Shown: positions 37,365-50,919, counted from the first letter of the whole stretch. The stretch is 63,379 bases of DNA, filler included, from Choristocarpus tenellus KU-1152 (GCA_964200185.2; 13 parts of 13 records of this genome joined end to end with filler, not necessarily neighbours in it), one strand, 5' to 3'. Numbers and translations are program-made. The notes: a model not told the origin generated them from the letters alone.

Positions 37365-40300
37365 GGTTCTACGTCCTCTTCTGCCTTCCTATCCATAGGT
37401 TCTGCTTCTTCCTCAAGATCTATTATCGTCACCACTTCGGTTTCAGCCTCATCATTCTCGTTTTTCTCCTCTATTTCCTCAAGCAAGGATGAAGCTGCAG
37501 TGATGGGGAGAAATGAGCGATTCCAAGAATTAGAGGGCACAATACTTTGCAGGGAAAGTACACCCTATTGGCGTAACATAGCATGTAGGGTATTGTAGTG
37601 CCCTAAGCACTGCTGTTGGCATACCCAGATAGGGTCAATGGACGTACATATGGTAGGAAGGTCTACACTCTTTCAGGAGAGGGATAAGAGCAGTGCAAGA
37701 ATAGTGCTGCTCATCGATGCATATGAAGGAGTTACCAAACTCGTGGGAAATCCGCAATCTAGGCTTGAACTGAACTGCCAAAGGATTGTTCTGTATACTT
37801 ACAACAGGGTGTTGCAGTAGAGGCTTAGGTTTGAGCACTACAGCCTCCGTTGAGTTGCAGATGGGATGGCTGGGATAGGACACTTGATGTGCGAGGTAAG
37901 GCTGCCCGAGATAGCAGTGGGTTACAGTGCAAATAAAATAGCAGTCAACCTCTATACAACTGTGACTTCACTTGGCGTGTGGGTCTATGTATCTTAGAGG
38001 GTAGAGCCGCGTCCGTTTGGCGTCCAAAATCCAATGTTCAAAGTGGTGTCATTTTGGCTATCATGTTTGTTAGGAAGTCTCAATATATTCGTTCTAAACA
38101 CACCTTTTCATAACATATACATTTCACCTACTCCAATACGTTTTGGACTAGGTAAAATGTCATTAAAAACCGGTGGGAATCCAAACTCCAAATGGACTAA
38201 CAGGGCAAAACTCCTACCCTCTAAGATACTTTCACGCGTGTCCCTTTTCCCTTTGACATTTTTTTTTTCTTGCAAGCCCTGACCCTAACCCTCCTCATTT
38301 CATTCTTCCTATCTTTCTAAACATGGGTAAGGCAAGACCACATGGTCACCTCCTCCCATACTACTACAGCTCAATACCGCCATCCTACATTCCACACACC
38401 AGTTGTATTATCCGTGTCCTGGGGATCATCATCGCTGGTGGAGGGATCATCAACCTGAACCCCAGCATCGATATCTTCTGCATTAGTCTCTTCCCCTCCA
38501 CTGCGCTGTGAGGACAAAGCCTGTGGCGAAGATAGGGCTTTCTCTTCTTGCTCTCTCCTGAGCGTTGCTAATTTTTCCGAGTCTTTCGCCATAAATTCGA
38601 TGATCAAACTGGGAAGAGTGCACACAACCCAGCAACACAACAGTCAGAGGATTGGGCATCAGGCTGTGGATACTCGAGATGATGTCAGGGCCAGTGGCGG
38701 GACAACAGGGGGAGCAAAGGTATTGATGGGGTGTAGTGCAGTGATGTGAAGATATTATTTACAAAACGTGGGGGGGGGGAGATTCAAAAGAACTGATGGA
38801 TATGGGAGGAAGGTGGGTTGGACAAGTTGTAGAGTGAAGAGATACAAGGCAAGATGGAATATGGTCCTTTCATTGTGGGCAAGGTCGATTTGTGTTTGGT
38901 GAGCCAGGAAAAAGTGAGCAAGTTTGTGGATGCAATTAGGTAGGTGTAGTTGGCAGAGAAAACAGTATTGAAAAGTGGCGTTTGACAAAATCATAGAAAT
39001 TTTGTTGTGCATGTATAGGTGCACTTAACACGCCATGCAAGTAAGGGTTTGTCAATAGCAGTAGGGCTAGGGCTAGACTTTTTCTATTGCATCATTAGGC
39101 CTCCACTCTCCACCCAACAGAATTGTATGCCAGGCTTACACCGTTACACCATCACCTCTTCTCACCTCATCAAATGCATTGCCTACTTCCCAGAACCACC
39201 TTCTAATTGACACCATCGAAGAGGGGTGCCAGTGAGTTATAAGGACCCCTATGACCCCCTTGTAGTATGTGTGTTTTGAGCACTATGGAGGGCACTTGCA
39301 TCTAATAATGTGTCCAAAGATAATCCCCTATTCTACAACCTCAACCTTCTGAGAAGGGTTAAACAGAAGGGCTAAACCGTATTTCAGGCATGAGCATGGT
39401 CTGTATCATACAAATTTTAAAGGGTCCTTAAAAGTCTCAAGGACCGAGATCGATCCTCTCTCACTTTTTCTATGAAGTGCATACTTCGCCACTCACCGCA
39501 ATTGAGCACCATCTTCCTCAGTCATCTTGATTCTATCCAGCAGAACTTCCTCTTTGGACTTTGCTGAAGACAGTTCCCCTTTCAACTCTTCCATGGCCTG
39601 AGATGAGTCAATGTTTTCCTGCGCCGTACTTTCTCTAACAATTTGTTGCTTCATCATCTGCGACAGTTTTGTTCAGCAAAAAAGTAAGAAATCTCAGGCA
39701 AAGACCTGTAGGAACCAAATCAAAGAGCTCCGAAAGTAATAATAAATAAGCAGAAAGAAGTACACTTTGTCCATTTTCTTGCGTGTACTATCCCCCTTAC
39801 GCAGGGTTATCACATAGGAAAAACATCGACATATGTGTTGAATTGTTCGAGAAAATATATGGGGATATAGGATGAGCTCGATGCATTATGATAGGAGGAT
39901 GAGTTGAGCCAATCAATAGATGTGTAAACTGCTGAAGTGGAGCTCCTGTACAGAGTAAGTGTTCACTTCGTTTGCCCTATGTACAGAGCACTAGATGCTT
40001 GTGTGAATGGATCCAGCTGGGGTGTGATTTCAGTTAGACACAATAACTAATGGACTTTCCATGTTGGTGCAACAGAGATTTGTGTGCCTATGCAGACAGG
40101 GGTAAGAGTAAGTCCACCAACTAAAGCACCAGAAGGGTTACTGTTGTAGTATGTATCATGCACACAGGTTAACGTAACACTCACACAACACAACTCTCAA
40201 CATAATAGTGTTACGTGCAACAAAGAACTTTCTGGACGACAGACATTACGGAGTAAGAGAGCTCTCAAGCGTTTTACATAAAAATATGACGTGATAGACC

Positions 40301-41413
40301 AAATGGCACCGATGTTTGCTCAGGACAGTGAACGTCAGAGACCTAATGGGACCAAGCTTCATGAAACACAATAAGTGTTTCAGAGCAAATGGTGCAAAGA
40401 GCTTATTGGACGACAGATGCTGCGAGTAAATGTAGTACCACGTAGCAGATTTTAAAAAATCATTTCTGCAACATTTCTTCTTTTGATCCAAGCATTTAAG
40501 AGGGTTAGGGAGTTTTGCCTTGTTTGTCCGTTCGGGGCTTGGCTTCCCACGGGTTTCTTATGCCTTTTGGGGGGTTTCTGTGTGAACACAGTTACCTAAA
40601 ACGTAGACGTCTATGAAAGGTGTGTCTGGAGCAAGGATAGCGACACTTGCTAACAAACACGATAACCAAAATTACATCAAAATCGCAATATTGGATTTTG
40701 GACCCTAAATGGACGCGGCCCTACCCTCTTGAAGGATTTGATTCTTTTTCTGCATTGTTTCTTCAATTGTCGATTTCTCTGATGAACAACCTCTGACCAT
40801 AGGCTTGGCAAATTCAAACTGAGCATGAAAAAAAAAATAGTAATGGTCATGAGGTTGTTTTTTTAGCACAATCGATATTTACCAGAAAATGTACTCAAGC
40901 AATTTCTGGACAAAAAACACTTCAGAGCAAATGCTCAGATGTTAGGAGTAAGTCTACTACTAGGCAAGGAATGTTGTTGAGAAAATGAAATCAGTTGATA
41001 CATGAATGATGGATGATGGATGTTTCAGGGAAACTTGACCCCCAATTGCTGTCCTTGCAATGGATGTTACTGAGAAAACCAACTCTAATGTTGTCCTGGA
41101 TGAACGGGCATTACAGGCTGAATATAACGGACTGTTGGGGGGTATTACTATTAATAGCATGATCTTGTGTTGCTCTGGACATTGTACATACACATTTACG
41201 TCAATTTTCAGGTACACACGAGCATGTCCACGGACATATGCATGTGCATGCATGAAGGCATACCTTTTGACTGGAGTCAATACTCTTGGTTTGGACCATG
41301 CTCCTTTCATTCAACAGCTTAACCTGTTTCTCCAGATCCTTGACACGGGCCTCACTCTTGCTCTTCTCGTTGGTGAGCATATCTACACGTTGCTGTAGCA
41401 CTTCCGCAACTTC
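37365..41413 (-). CDS. Unknown coiled-coil protein with acidic region, internal exons (41264-41413, 39485-39657, 38400-38608, 37365-37494)
   Basis: Four GT-AG-bounded exons join without stops (intron phases 0, 2, 1): EVAEVLQQRVDMLTNEKSKSEARVKDLEKQVKLLNE...MEELKGELSSAKSKEEVLLDRIK...SEKLATLRREQEEK...EEIEEKNENDEAETEVV. No domain recognised. Confidence 0.75.
37981..38237 (+). mobile_element. Non-autonomous TIR element, family A (~257 bp, Sola2-like); other copies 17505-17576, 31236-31292, ~40495-40744 (-), ~47672-47892, 48682-48859, ~49757-49987, 56641-56897, 58905-~59145
   Basis: TIR consensus GRGTCAAAGTATCTTAGAGGGTA ... TACCCTCTAAGATACTTTCACTC with conserved internal sequence; exact 4-bp TSD GTGT at 37977-37980 and 38238-38241. 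Confidence 0.88.
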
Positions 41414-41834
41414 CTGTGAAGCACAGTGCAGACGCACAGATGGGGATAGGAAGGAGAAAGTAGGCTTGAGGGGACTGAGACGAAGAGAGGAGAGAGATAT
41501 CAGCACGCAGAAAATGGACATTTATATTGAGGTGAGGGGGGGAATTGATAGGAGCGAGGGAACTGGGTCAAAGTATCTGGGGGGGGGGGGGTGTCAGCGT
41601 CCGTTTTCACCTTTTNNNNNNNNNNNNNNNNNNNNNNNNNNNNNNNNNNNNNNNNNNNNTTAATTAATTAANNNNNNNNNNNNNNNNNNNNNNNNNNNNN
41701 NNNNNNNNNNNNNNNTTTTTTTTGTCCTCCTTCCCCTTTTTCCCCCCCCCCCCCCCCCTCCCTGCTCCCCGCTCCCCCCTGTTTTTTTCTAAAATATTTT
41801 TTCGGGATGCTTTTTTGTTGTTGCCTATGGACAG

Positions 41835-42864
41835 GTTGAGCATGTTACCTTCCGTGTGGGGGAGGGTAAGGTCGTTATGATGGGAGGACTTGCCCGGTTT
41901 GAGGTGGTTGAAGGACGACCCTATCTCGTTACTTTTTTTGTGTCAAATGAAGTGCGACTACATCCTACAGATGCCACGAGGTGATTTTTGTTGTGACGAA
42001 CCCCGAAATGATAACAGTAGCAGCTTGTCTTTTTTTTTTCTCTTGGATGTGACTGTTGCTAATGCTTTTGTGAGTGTATGAAAGCAGCAATAGGAGATTT
42101 GGTATGTTTTTTTTTATTAACTTGGATATTGGAAGATAAATGGACAATTGCGCATCACTTTTTATTTATTTCTTCTCTTGTTCGTCAGCGCACGCATGCA
42201 CAACAGGTGATGGTGGTGTGATAGCAGGTTGAGGAGAATATGTAGTGTTGCTGCCCTTTTCACCACTTTGGAATAATACAGGTTGCCAAATGTAACAAAA
42301 ATAAATGGCGATGGTAATGGTTGAGTGATCATAAAAGGCCTTGAATTATCTGAGCAATAATCCTCTCTCGGTGTGATCCCTCCCCCCCAACTCAAATGTC
42401 CAATAACATCAAAAACAACAACAAAAAAGAGTGGAAGCAATGCTTCAGAACCACTTGGGCAAGGACCAGATGATCTTCCCACCTTACTCAACCGAGAGGC
42501 TCCAGGAACTGGGGGAGATGGTTTCCTATGACTTCGAGGTTTATGGAGCTGGCTGGAAGGAGGTGAGTTCAGAGGATTTGATGGGAAAGGAGGGATGACA
42601 AGCAATGACACTTAGGTTCTATCTCCGATTTCTCTCCCACATGCTCGCCAAAGTTGTAATTTAATGTGTCTGTCCTACAACCAACTTTATCAGCTTTTGA
42701 AGAACGAGGGGGGGGGGGGGGGGGGGGGGGCATTTCGGGCTGCGGCCCCAGAAGGCGGAGTTTTGGGGGGGGATTGTGCTTCTTTCCTGGGGATAANNNN
42801 NNNNNNCATCCCTTCTGGTACTATTATTTTTTTTTTTTTTGTCTACCCTACGATAACTATTGGT

Positions 42865-42900
<36 letters not shown>

Positions 42901-43842
42901 GGAGGGTAGTTCGGTCTGCGGACCCAGAAGTCCGAGTCTTGGGAGGGTATTGTGACTCTTTCCTGTGGATAAGCAGATAGCTAGTTGGGCAGATGGTAGA
43001 TTGGTAGGGCAGAATACAGTGTTATATGATCATCTTAATATGAAGTGTATGGAAATGTGAAAGTTTATAAAATCGTTTTTATACTGTATAGTACTGTCTT
43101 GCATTATGATTGGTCCTCTCACCTCGCCAAAGCTATGAAAAGGTTCCCAACAGTAGTACAAGGTTGCTTGGATTGTACCGAGCATTGGTGTTAAATTGGG
43201 TTTTTTAAAGAGACCTTGTACTTTGTATTGGACTGATGAAGGAAAGGGTGACACACAAGTACGAATACAGATTGTATCACCTGGCCAATGTTTGGAGCAC
43301 CAGGTCCGGTGTGGCTATGGAGGAAGTAGACGTGATGAGACTGTGGGGGTGAGGGAGGTCAGAGGGTATAATTGCTGAAACAAGGGTGGTGACTTGCACA
43401 CACCTTCTCCTTGGGGAAAAATAATGACTAGCATATTTGATACCACAAAGTAGTTTCTATGCTCCTTGATATGATTGAAGTTGAAATGCCCTTGACTCCA
43501 GAACAACGGCGAATGACCAATGCTTCCTTAAGTTAAAAACGACCTTGTCAACACACTGATGTCCTTCCCCACCCCCTAACCCCCATCCCCACCATGGCGT
43601 CATATATACCAATGAAAATTCCAACCACAATGAAGTCTGCTGCGGATGTTGTAATATCGGGCTTGGGTTGGTTGTCCCTCACTGGTGCGGGACCTGTCCG
43701 CATCCGTGTGACAGCTCCCAAGGATGTACTTGTGATGCTGAGAGACCCACTGATGCCGTACGAGTCCTGGGACACCACTGCCAAATATACAGGTGGTGCA
43801 ACTATCAAGAAGGGAAAGAAGAAGCAAGGTCGACGATCATGA
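41835..43842 (+). CDS. YqeH/NOA1/BPG2-type circularly permuted GTPase, C-terminal exons (41835-41980, 42430-42562, 43636-43842)
   Basis: Spliced VEHVTFRVGEGKVVMMGGLARFEVVEGRPYLVTFFVSNEVRLHPT...HLGKDQMIFPP...GAGWKE-SAADVVISGLGWLSLTG matches the YqeH/NOA1 C-terminal domain (GGL.R...T......H.T...PP...D..ISGLGW). The GTPase domain itself is outside the contig. Confidence 0.85.
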
Positions 43843-44932
43843 TGTGTGTTTTCGAAAAATTGTTGTTGTGTAGTCCTGTGGCGAACGATCCCACCTGATT
43901 TATGTGATAGGTGAAAATTTCAACATGTAATACGTGTGTGCATGTATGCGACACTTTGGGGCAATGAGCCCAAGGGTTAACGCACTTATTTCAAGGAGCA
44001 TTTCTTGGGTTGAGGGCCTGGCCCTGCCCTGATACTTGAATGTTCTGTGCTTATTACTAGCACATTTTAAAGGCAACTTTAGAGGTCTCGTGCTGTTTGC
44101 TATGTGAAGGTAAGTGAGCTCGGCTGCCTCTTTTTCTTGACAAAGTCACAACCTTTTATTCCCTGCAACCCATGCCATTGTGGCTGACAACACATACTCA
44201 TTAATGGTAGTAGTAGGTAGCCGTTAGGAGGCATCAGTCCACATCCAAGAGTCAAACATATTCCTGGATGTCGTGATGTTTAAAAAAGGGAAATGTTTGC
44301 CCTGATACAAAAACGTCAGTCCTGCTTGGCTTTGGCCTGGGATTGCTAGGTATTGACGGCACTGCTGCTGTGACTAATGCAACATACTGAAGCTATCTTG
44401 CGCACCCAGATCTTTTTTTCTGCTTGTGCACGCTTGTAATTGTGATGAGTGAAACAGTGGGTTCTCGTGGAAGTGATCAAGATGGAGAGCTGTAATAAAC
44501 ACATATAAAATAAATTTGTATGAGTGCGTAGTAGCTTACACCAAGAATTGTCAGGAGGAATAGTTAAAACTCTGTTGTGGAGCTGTCAGTTACCTGTCAA
44601 TCAAAACACTCCGTAGTCACTTTCAACAGATATTTATAATGGTTGGTGTGATACACAGGGCAGCATCCGCAATAATAATTGGGGACGCTTTGCTTCTTGC
44701 TGAAAATATTCTAATCCTCCAGTACTTCGATATATGCTGGTTCCACCTGGCTGCTTCGTGTTGAAAAGACCCAAAGTATCTGGGGGGGGGGGGGGGGCGA
44801 ACACAGAGNNNNNNNNNNNNNNNNNNNNNNNNNNNNNNNNNNNNNNNNNNNNTTAATTAATTAANNNNNNNNNNNNNNNNNNNNNNNNNNNNNNNNNNNN
44901 NNNNNNNNGGTGGCAGGGGGGGGGGGTGGGGT

Positions 44933-44968
<36 letters not shown>

Positions 44969-45763
44969 GGCACTCGAGTTGTGAAGTTTCTCTTAGAGAT
45001 CTCAAATTAAAAACAAATAAGAGGCAAAACAAAAAGTGTTGAGTTTTTTTCAACGGCGGTCTCATTTCACAACGGGAGTATTCTCGTACACAGTTGATTT
45101 TTAAGAGAAATCTGCTCTTGCAACAGCACTACTAGGGGGTATCTGCCTGCACGTACACATCAATCAATCCAAGCATTGATCTAGTCTTCCCCATATTCTG
45201 TACAGTAGAATTAGAAATAGGGTCTTTGTACCCTTCACCACGTAAAAACAACTCTAAGAGCAAGGTCCTGATTTTAACCACACATCTGATTTTGTCAGAC
45301 ACGCCTTAAGAATAAATGGAACAACACCGAGGAACCAGCACAGACACCTCCCATAATAGAAAAATTTATACACTACACTAAAAGAAATTATGCTAGTGTT
45401 TGTCCGAGACCAAAAGAAAATTCAAACTTTACATTGTCCACATTAGTACAAGGCGTGTTCAAGATGCAGTTAATTAAATACTATTCTACAATTCTCACTC
45501 TGCCTCTCCAGCAGTAACAAAAGCAACCGTAACTCTTTCACATAATCAATGCCGGTGCTTCCCGTGCTCAGCCTCTTCTTACTTCTAACAAGCACAACAC
45601 AAAAGAAAACCTCAGACAAACAACAATATAGAAATGCACCTAACGTACGTGCCCATATATGCACCTTGCTCGCAACAAACCCCGCACACATGCGCACCTG
45701 TAGTAAATATGTGCATGTATCATGTATGTAAATACCTTTTTGCCTGTCCAGATAGACTCTCAC

Positions 45764-47013
45764 CGTACGGTTGCGGTAGAGATTCAACTCTTGGGGTCCA
45801 CATGGTCCGTTCTTATCTACCCATCCCGCCTGGTTCGTGTGCCCTCCCCCAGGCATCCAATGCAACCCCAGCTCTTTTGCCGGACATCTGCTCATCCAAA
45901 GATAGGATGAGAGGTTGGGGTGGGGAGGAGGGAGGGAAGGGGTCGCCTGATGCTTTAGGAATCGCCTTCAGAAGTAAGTCGCTGTCCAATAGCATCGTAC
46001 TGATCACACATCTTGTCCTAGAGCAACAAGAAAACTGCCAACAAAACCAATGAATCACCCTCGCAATATTACCATTGTGGCCAATCTTGCAAGCTCGCTA
46101 TTGGTAAATAATGGCACACAGCATGTCGGCACACGCCTTACAATGTATCACCCCTTGCGATGTTAGGAACTGCGCTGTGCCGTGCCAATGCAATTCGGGA
46201 AGACTTGTAAGCAGTAAATCACACTTATATTTCCCTCGGTCAGGGATATTGCTCTATTTGTAGATGGAACTGAAAGAATAAGTCAAGACTACTTTCTACG
46301 AATGTCATTGTGTGGTGCGCTAGGAGCACTATGCCCTGTCACGAGGATTTTCTGTCTAGAAACTACCGTGTGCATCATCCGGTTCTCCCTCTGTTCCGCT
46401 GCCATGACCAAACTCTATACAGTAGACTTGGAAATAAGTTTGCGATGAAGAATTCCATGCCATCATCATAGGCGATCACTAACTCCCCTAGAAATGATCG
46501 AGGAATTGCATAGGCAGTCAATATGGAACCTCGCAAACATAGACCCAATTGGAGCATCAAAGCATGGCAGAGCAATATACACTTGATAAAGTTCCTCAAT
46601 CACCTACGCAGCCAAAAGGCCTGTGCCTGCCTATGTAGACCCAAAATACTCGCCAATCACACCATCCATTGCACTTGTCGATTGGGTACAAAATATCGAG
46701 TTAGAGATAGGTCACACCTTGGCACTGATGGACCAGAAAAATCCTGACTCCCACCTAGCCCATCCTCTCCTCTTTCGCTTTCTCGCTTTCCCCCGCTGAT
46801 GAACGTGGCAAGTAAAATCAGACCGACAGTTGTGCATAAGATCGCTGTCCAAGGCACCAAGCACCCATTGTGCCTGTCAAAAAAAAGTCGTTCAAAACGG
46901 TTTGTGACCCCAGTGGTTGTGTATGTATTATACGACTGGACTATTTGATCGAGACCAGGAGGACCAAGAGAACCGGTGTACCTTCCCTTAGGATCTTCTG
47001 CATCGGAACCCAT
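45764..47013 (-). CDS. Probable type II membrane protein, first two coding exons (46718-47013, 45764-45887)
   Basis: ATG at 47013, hydrophobic segment AILCTTVGLILLATFISGG, phase-2 junction to RCPAKELGLHWMPGGGHTNQAGWVDKNGPCGPQELNLYRNRT ending at a GTGAG donor. Downstream exons not found. Confidence 0.5.
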
Positions 47014-47892
47014 CCCTCTGTGAACGCGCGAAGTTATTGCGCCACAGCACCTTGTGTTCCCTGTTTCGAGATTAACCAGAGTCAGTCAGTGAGTAGTGAG
47101 AAGAAATATCCACTACAAAGGGGAAAATAATATCCACTGTATTTCATACCTTGATGGAGTTGTAGGAGAGAATGGAGAACGAACAGCAAACAAACATATA
47201 TATGACGATAGAACTTTCTCAACACTAATTTATTCTACTAGAACAAAAAGTATAGTCTTCTATTTTTGAAATGGATCTAGTACCTAAGACTTCAGATCTG
47301 GTGGGGTACCTCTCAATATTCTGTATTACAATACTATTTCAACTGTTATTCCCACATATACATCTTCTCTTCATACTGTAAGTATATAGAATTTTTGTCA
47401 GAATGTGGGAGGGGGTAATAGTAAATGTAGTTGTTTCAAATTATGTATTTATTACCAAAAAGTAAACTTTCACGATAGGGGAAACAATGTAGTGTAATTA
47501 GTTACGCGTTGGTGTCTTACACAACCTTACATTATGCTTGCTGTGACGTTTACTTCCTCTCACACGTTCTTTGGAAGGAAATTCGACCATGAATCTCGTT
47601 GCGCCGTTAGCCACAAACTCTTACTACTCCTGTTGTTCGGTAACCTTCGTACTTCAACCGACTTGAAGCAGTTAAGAGTGTAGGGGGGGTCAGTTCGGGC
47701 CATAAATCCAATGTGCAATTTTGATGAATTTTGGCTGTCGTGTTTGATAGCAAGTGTCAATATCCTTGGTCCGCACACACCTTTCATAGTCGCATACATT
47801 TTAGGAAACTGTGTTCACACAGAAAACCAAAAAAGGGCATCAAAAACTGTGGGAAGCCAAGCCCCGAACGGACAAACAGGGCAAAACTCCAA

Positions 47893-48560
47893 CAGTTCTT
47901 CCCCTATCCACCTTGCTTCCGTTTCCAGTAGCAAGCCCCTCAAACATCAATATGTTCTGGAGTCTTCCACCCCCATGCGACCAACTGACCCAGTAAATAG
48001 GCCTCAGCTTGAGCACCATTGCCTTGATGCTCTCACACCTGGTCTTCATAAGCACGTCTTTGTGGGAGATAACATGATCAGTGCATTCTCATTCCCGGAA
48101 GCCTATGAAGCAGAGAAGGAATTTGTGTCGGTGGGAACGGAGCTTCAGATAATGACCTTCGCCAAGAGTCCACACAATACAACCATCTAACAAAACTTCA
48201 TGTACTAACTTGTGCTTTGAGCATTCGAATCTTAAGCTCAAGTGAGACACCTGGGATCCTGCCTTAAAGCACTTGACCTATACTTACGAAAAAAAAATCC
48301 AAGCTTTCTGGCTCTTCCAACTGATCTGACCAGTATGAGCAGCACCATCGCTGATGATGGCTCCAAGGTAAACAGATGCATCAGTCTGGTCATAAATCTT
48401 GTCTAGTGCCTGGATCTGCATTACTTCTGCATCCTTCCGAGGAGGAGGAAGAAATATAAGTCTCCTTTTTTTACCAACACAGTCAAACCGAAGGATCTGG
48501 TCACCATCACAAGCACTGTCATTATCCTGGTGAAACCTCCTTCGATCTTGGAGATGGTGA
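47893..48560 (-). mobile_element. RTE-like LINE, 3' part of reverse transcriptase, degenerate
   Basis: VYLGAIISDG...ISWKSQKAW and LMKTRCESIKAMV...RLQNILMFEGL match the RTE motifs F.YLG..IS.DG....I..R...AW and RLPK..MFG.L. Confidence 0.75.
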
Positions 48561-49089
48561 GTCAAAGTATGAGAGGTATTAGGGATTGCATTTTAAGAAT
48601 GCAAATATATGTATGCAAAATTCGGTTCTATAAAAAAAAGTACGTACAGGATATTTTGTGAATTCTACATATATCAGAAAAGAGTCAAAGCATCTTAGAG
48701 GGTAGAACCGCGTCCATTGGGCTCAAAATCCAATGTTGCAATTTTGATAAAATTTTGGCTGTGGTGTTTAATAGGAAGTGTCAGTATCCTTGTTCCGGAC
48801 GCACCTTTTCATAAGGAATACATTTTACCTACTCCTAAACATTTTGGACTAGAAAAATGNNNNNNNNNNNNNNNNNNNNNNNNNNNNNNNNNNNNNNNNN
48901 NNNTTAATTAATTAANNNNNNNNNNNNNNNNNNNNNNNNNNNNNNNNNNNNNNNNNNNNAATAACCCCAAAAACCCGACATACAAAAATTGACCCCAAAT
49001 GAACAGCCGCCACCCCCTCCCAGATACTTTGAGCCAATGCTACTATCTGTCCCTCCAAACAGTCGGTCTCCGTAACCCCTCTTGTGCCT

Positions 49090-49690
49090 GTGCCTCACAG
49101 ATCATCAGACGAGAGAGGAATGTATAACTAACCGACACAATTCAACTATGGAGGGTGTGGTAACCCATTCACAGTGGACTGGAAGTTCGGCATGGATATG
49201 GTGTTCTATGCTGGGGAATTTGTGGACGCTGGATCAGCTCCCTACTGAGAAAAAGGTCTTCTCCTGGATGTTGCCTTTACAGAAGTGCAAACAGCACCCC
49301 ATCTGATATGCTCATCCACCAGCAATGGTATAGCTCCGGCTGCAGCTGAGGCGTGAAAGCGCACCCACTACAATGGTTCTTTTGACCCTTGTAGTTTTAA
49401 CCTCAACAACTTCGATGTGGAAAGTTTTGGAAAAGCAAGCAGAAGTTTTCTGGGTGAGTTGGCTACACATGCAGTGCGGGGGAGAGGGGTGGGAGACGAT
49501 CGCTGGAAAAGGGGTGTCAAATCCTGCGACAGATGGTGTCTGTCACTACACACAAGTGACTCTCTTGAGACGTGTCAAGCACTTCAAGCTAGAGACACCA
49601 GGCAGATGGGCAAGGAGGGGTCTGTCAGGTTCTTGAGATGCTTCCCTACCTCCTCGCCCTGTGGTGTAGGGCTAAGCTAGGTTCGAGGCA
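49090..49690 (+). mobile_element. CRE-like non-LTR retrotransposon 3' end (restriction-like endonuclease domain), degenerate
   Basis: RHN...MDM...LLDVAFT...AAAEA*KRTHY...F.VESFGK...FLGELA resembles the RLE motif series (RHN, RPD, DV, K..KY, E..G..G) of CRE/R2-group elements. Confidence 0.7.
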
Positions 49691-50919
49691 TAACAGAAAT
49701 GTACACATATCATTGTGTTTACCAACCTTTAAGGGAGTAGTGTAGTATAGCAGATAGTTCGGGGACCAAAATCTGCTAGCAGATGTTGCAATTTTGAATT
49801 ATTTTTGGCTATCTTGTTTGTTAGGAAGTGTCAATATCCTTATTCTGGACACAACCTTTCATATCATACACATTTTACCTACTCCGAAACATTCTGGGGT
49901 AGGAAAATGTCATACAAAAAACGTGGGACGCCAAGCTCCAAATGGACAAATAGGGCAAAACTCGTACCCTCTAAGATACTTTCACTCTTCACATTTACGA
50001 TAGCTCTTACTTTTGCAGGGGTCCTTGTTATAATAGTTTGACTTTTTTCCTGACTCACCTGCAAAATGTCGAGGCATAACAATATATATTGATATGTATT
50101 TAATGGATTTATTGGGAGAAATGTATGGTATATTGATGAAGAAATAAGGAGTGTGAAGGATGTACGGACAAAGATATGGAACGAATGTTATCTGGACAGG
50201 ATTGGTGTGACTGTGTGGGGGGTGAATTATTCAAAAGAGCCTCCACTAGAACCGGGGATTCCTGGCCAGGAACCTCAATCGGTATAACGGTATCATAACA
50301 AACATAGTGCAGGAATAGGTAGGTTGGAGACACAGGAAGGCAATGATACGACATAGATAAAGTAAAATAGCAAATAGATTAATGTTTTTCACATTTGCGA
50401 CAACTGTTACTTCTTAAGGGATTGTTCTGACATGTGAATAGTTTTCATTAGTTTTTCCCCTGACATATCTGTAAAATATCAGAGAGCATGATAATGAAAT
50501 AAGAGGAATAGACATAGATTTTGGAGAGATATCTTTCACATTTACGACAACTGTTACTTTTATAGGGGTCATTACGATATTGAATTGGGTTTTTCTCTGA
50601 CACATCTGGAAAATGTTAGAGGGTACAATAATACAATTCTAAAAAGGAATGTTATTAATATGATCAAGCAATTATTTGTTTTTACTATTTGTACTATATC
50701 CCGATCTATGCCAAAAAAATCATTAACTGATCAACTTTTAAACATATTTATTATTGTGCCCTTTAACATTTTGTAGATATGTCAGACGAAAAACCAATGC
50801 AAAACCATTCAAATGTCAGAACCCCGAAAAACGTATCAATTGTCGTAAATGTTAAAGATATTTTCTGTAATCTATTTAGCATTTTACTATCACCTATGCT
50901 ACACACTCTCCTCTTGTGC

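Noticed and set aside
42705-42975. Apparent duplication with long G-tracts (possible G-quadruplex repeat)
   Set aside because: The first copy looks like an error-rich, G-biased version of the second, separated by a 10-N gap, so probably a sequencing or scaffolding artefact. The poly-G at 44909-44967 is suspect for the same reason.
45813-46058. Alternative exon starting at the AG near 46018 (RTRCVISTMLL...)
   Set aside because: It runs through a pyrimidine-rich, intron-like tract to a stop; the downstream acceptor at 45888 gives a more protein-like in-phase exon. Not excluded without RNA data.
50050-50070. Strong-looking splice signals (TTTTGCAG|GTGAGT; TTACAG|ATG at ~52377)
   Set aside because: They are part of the family D repeat terminus rather than evidence for a gene.
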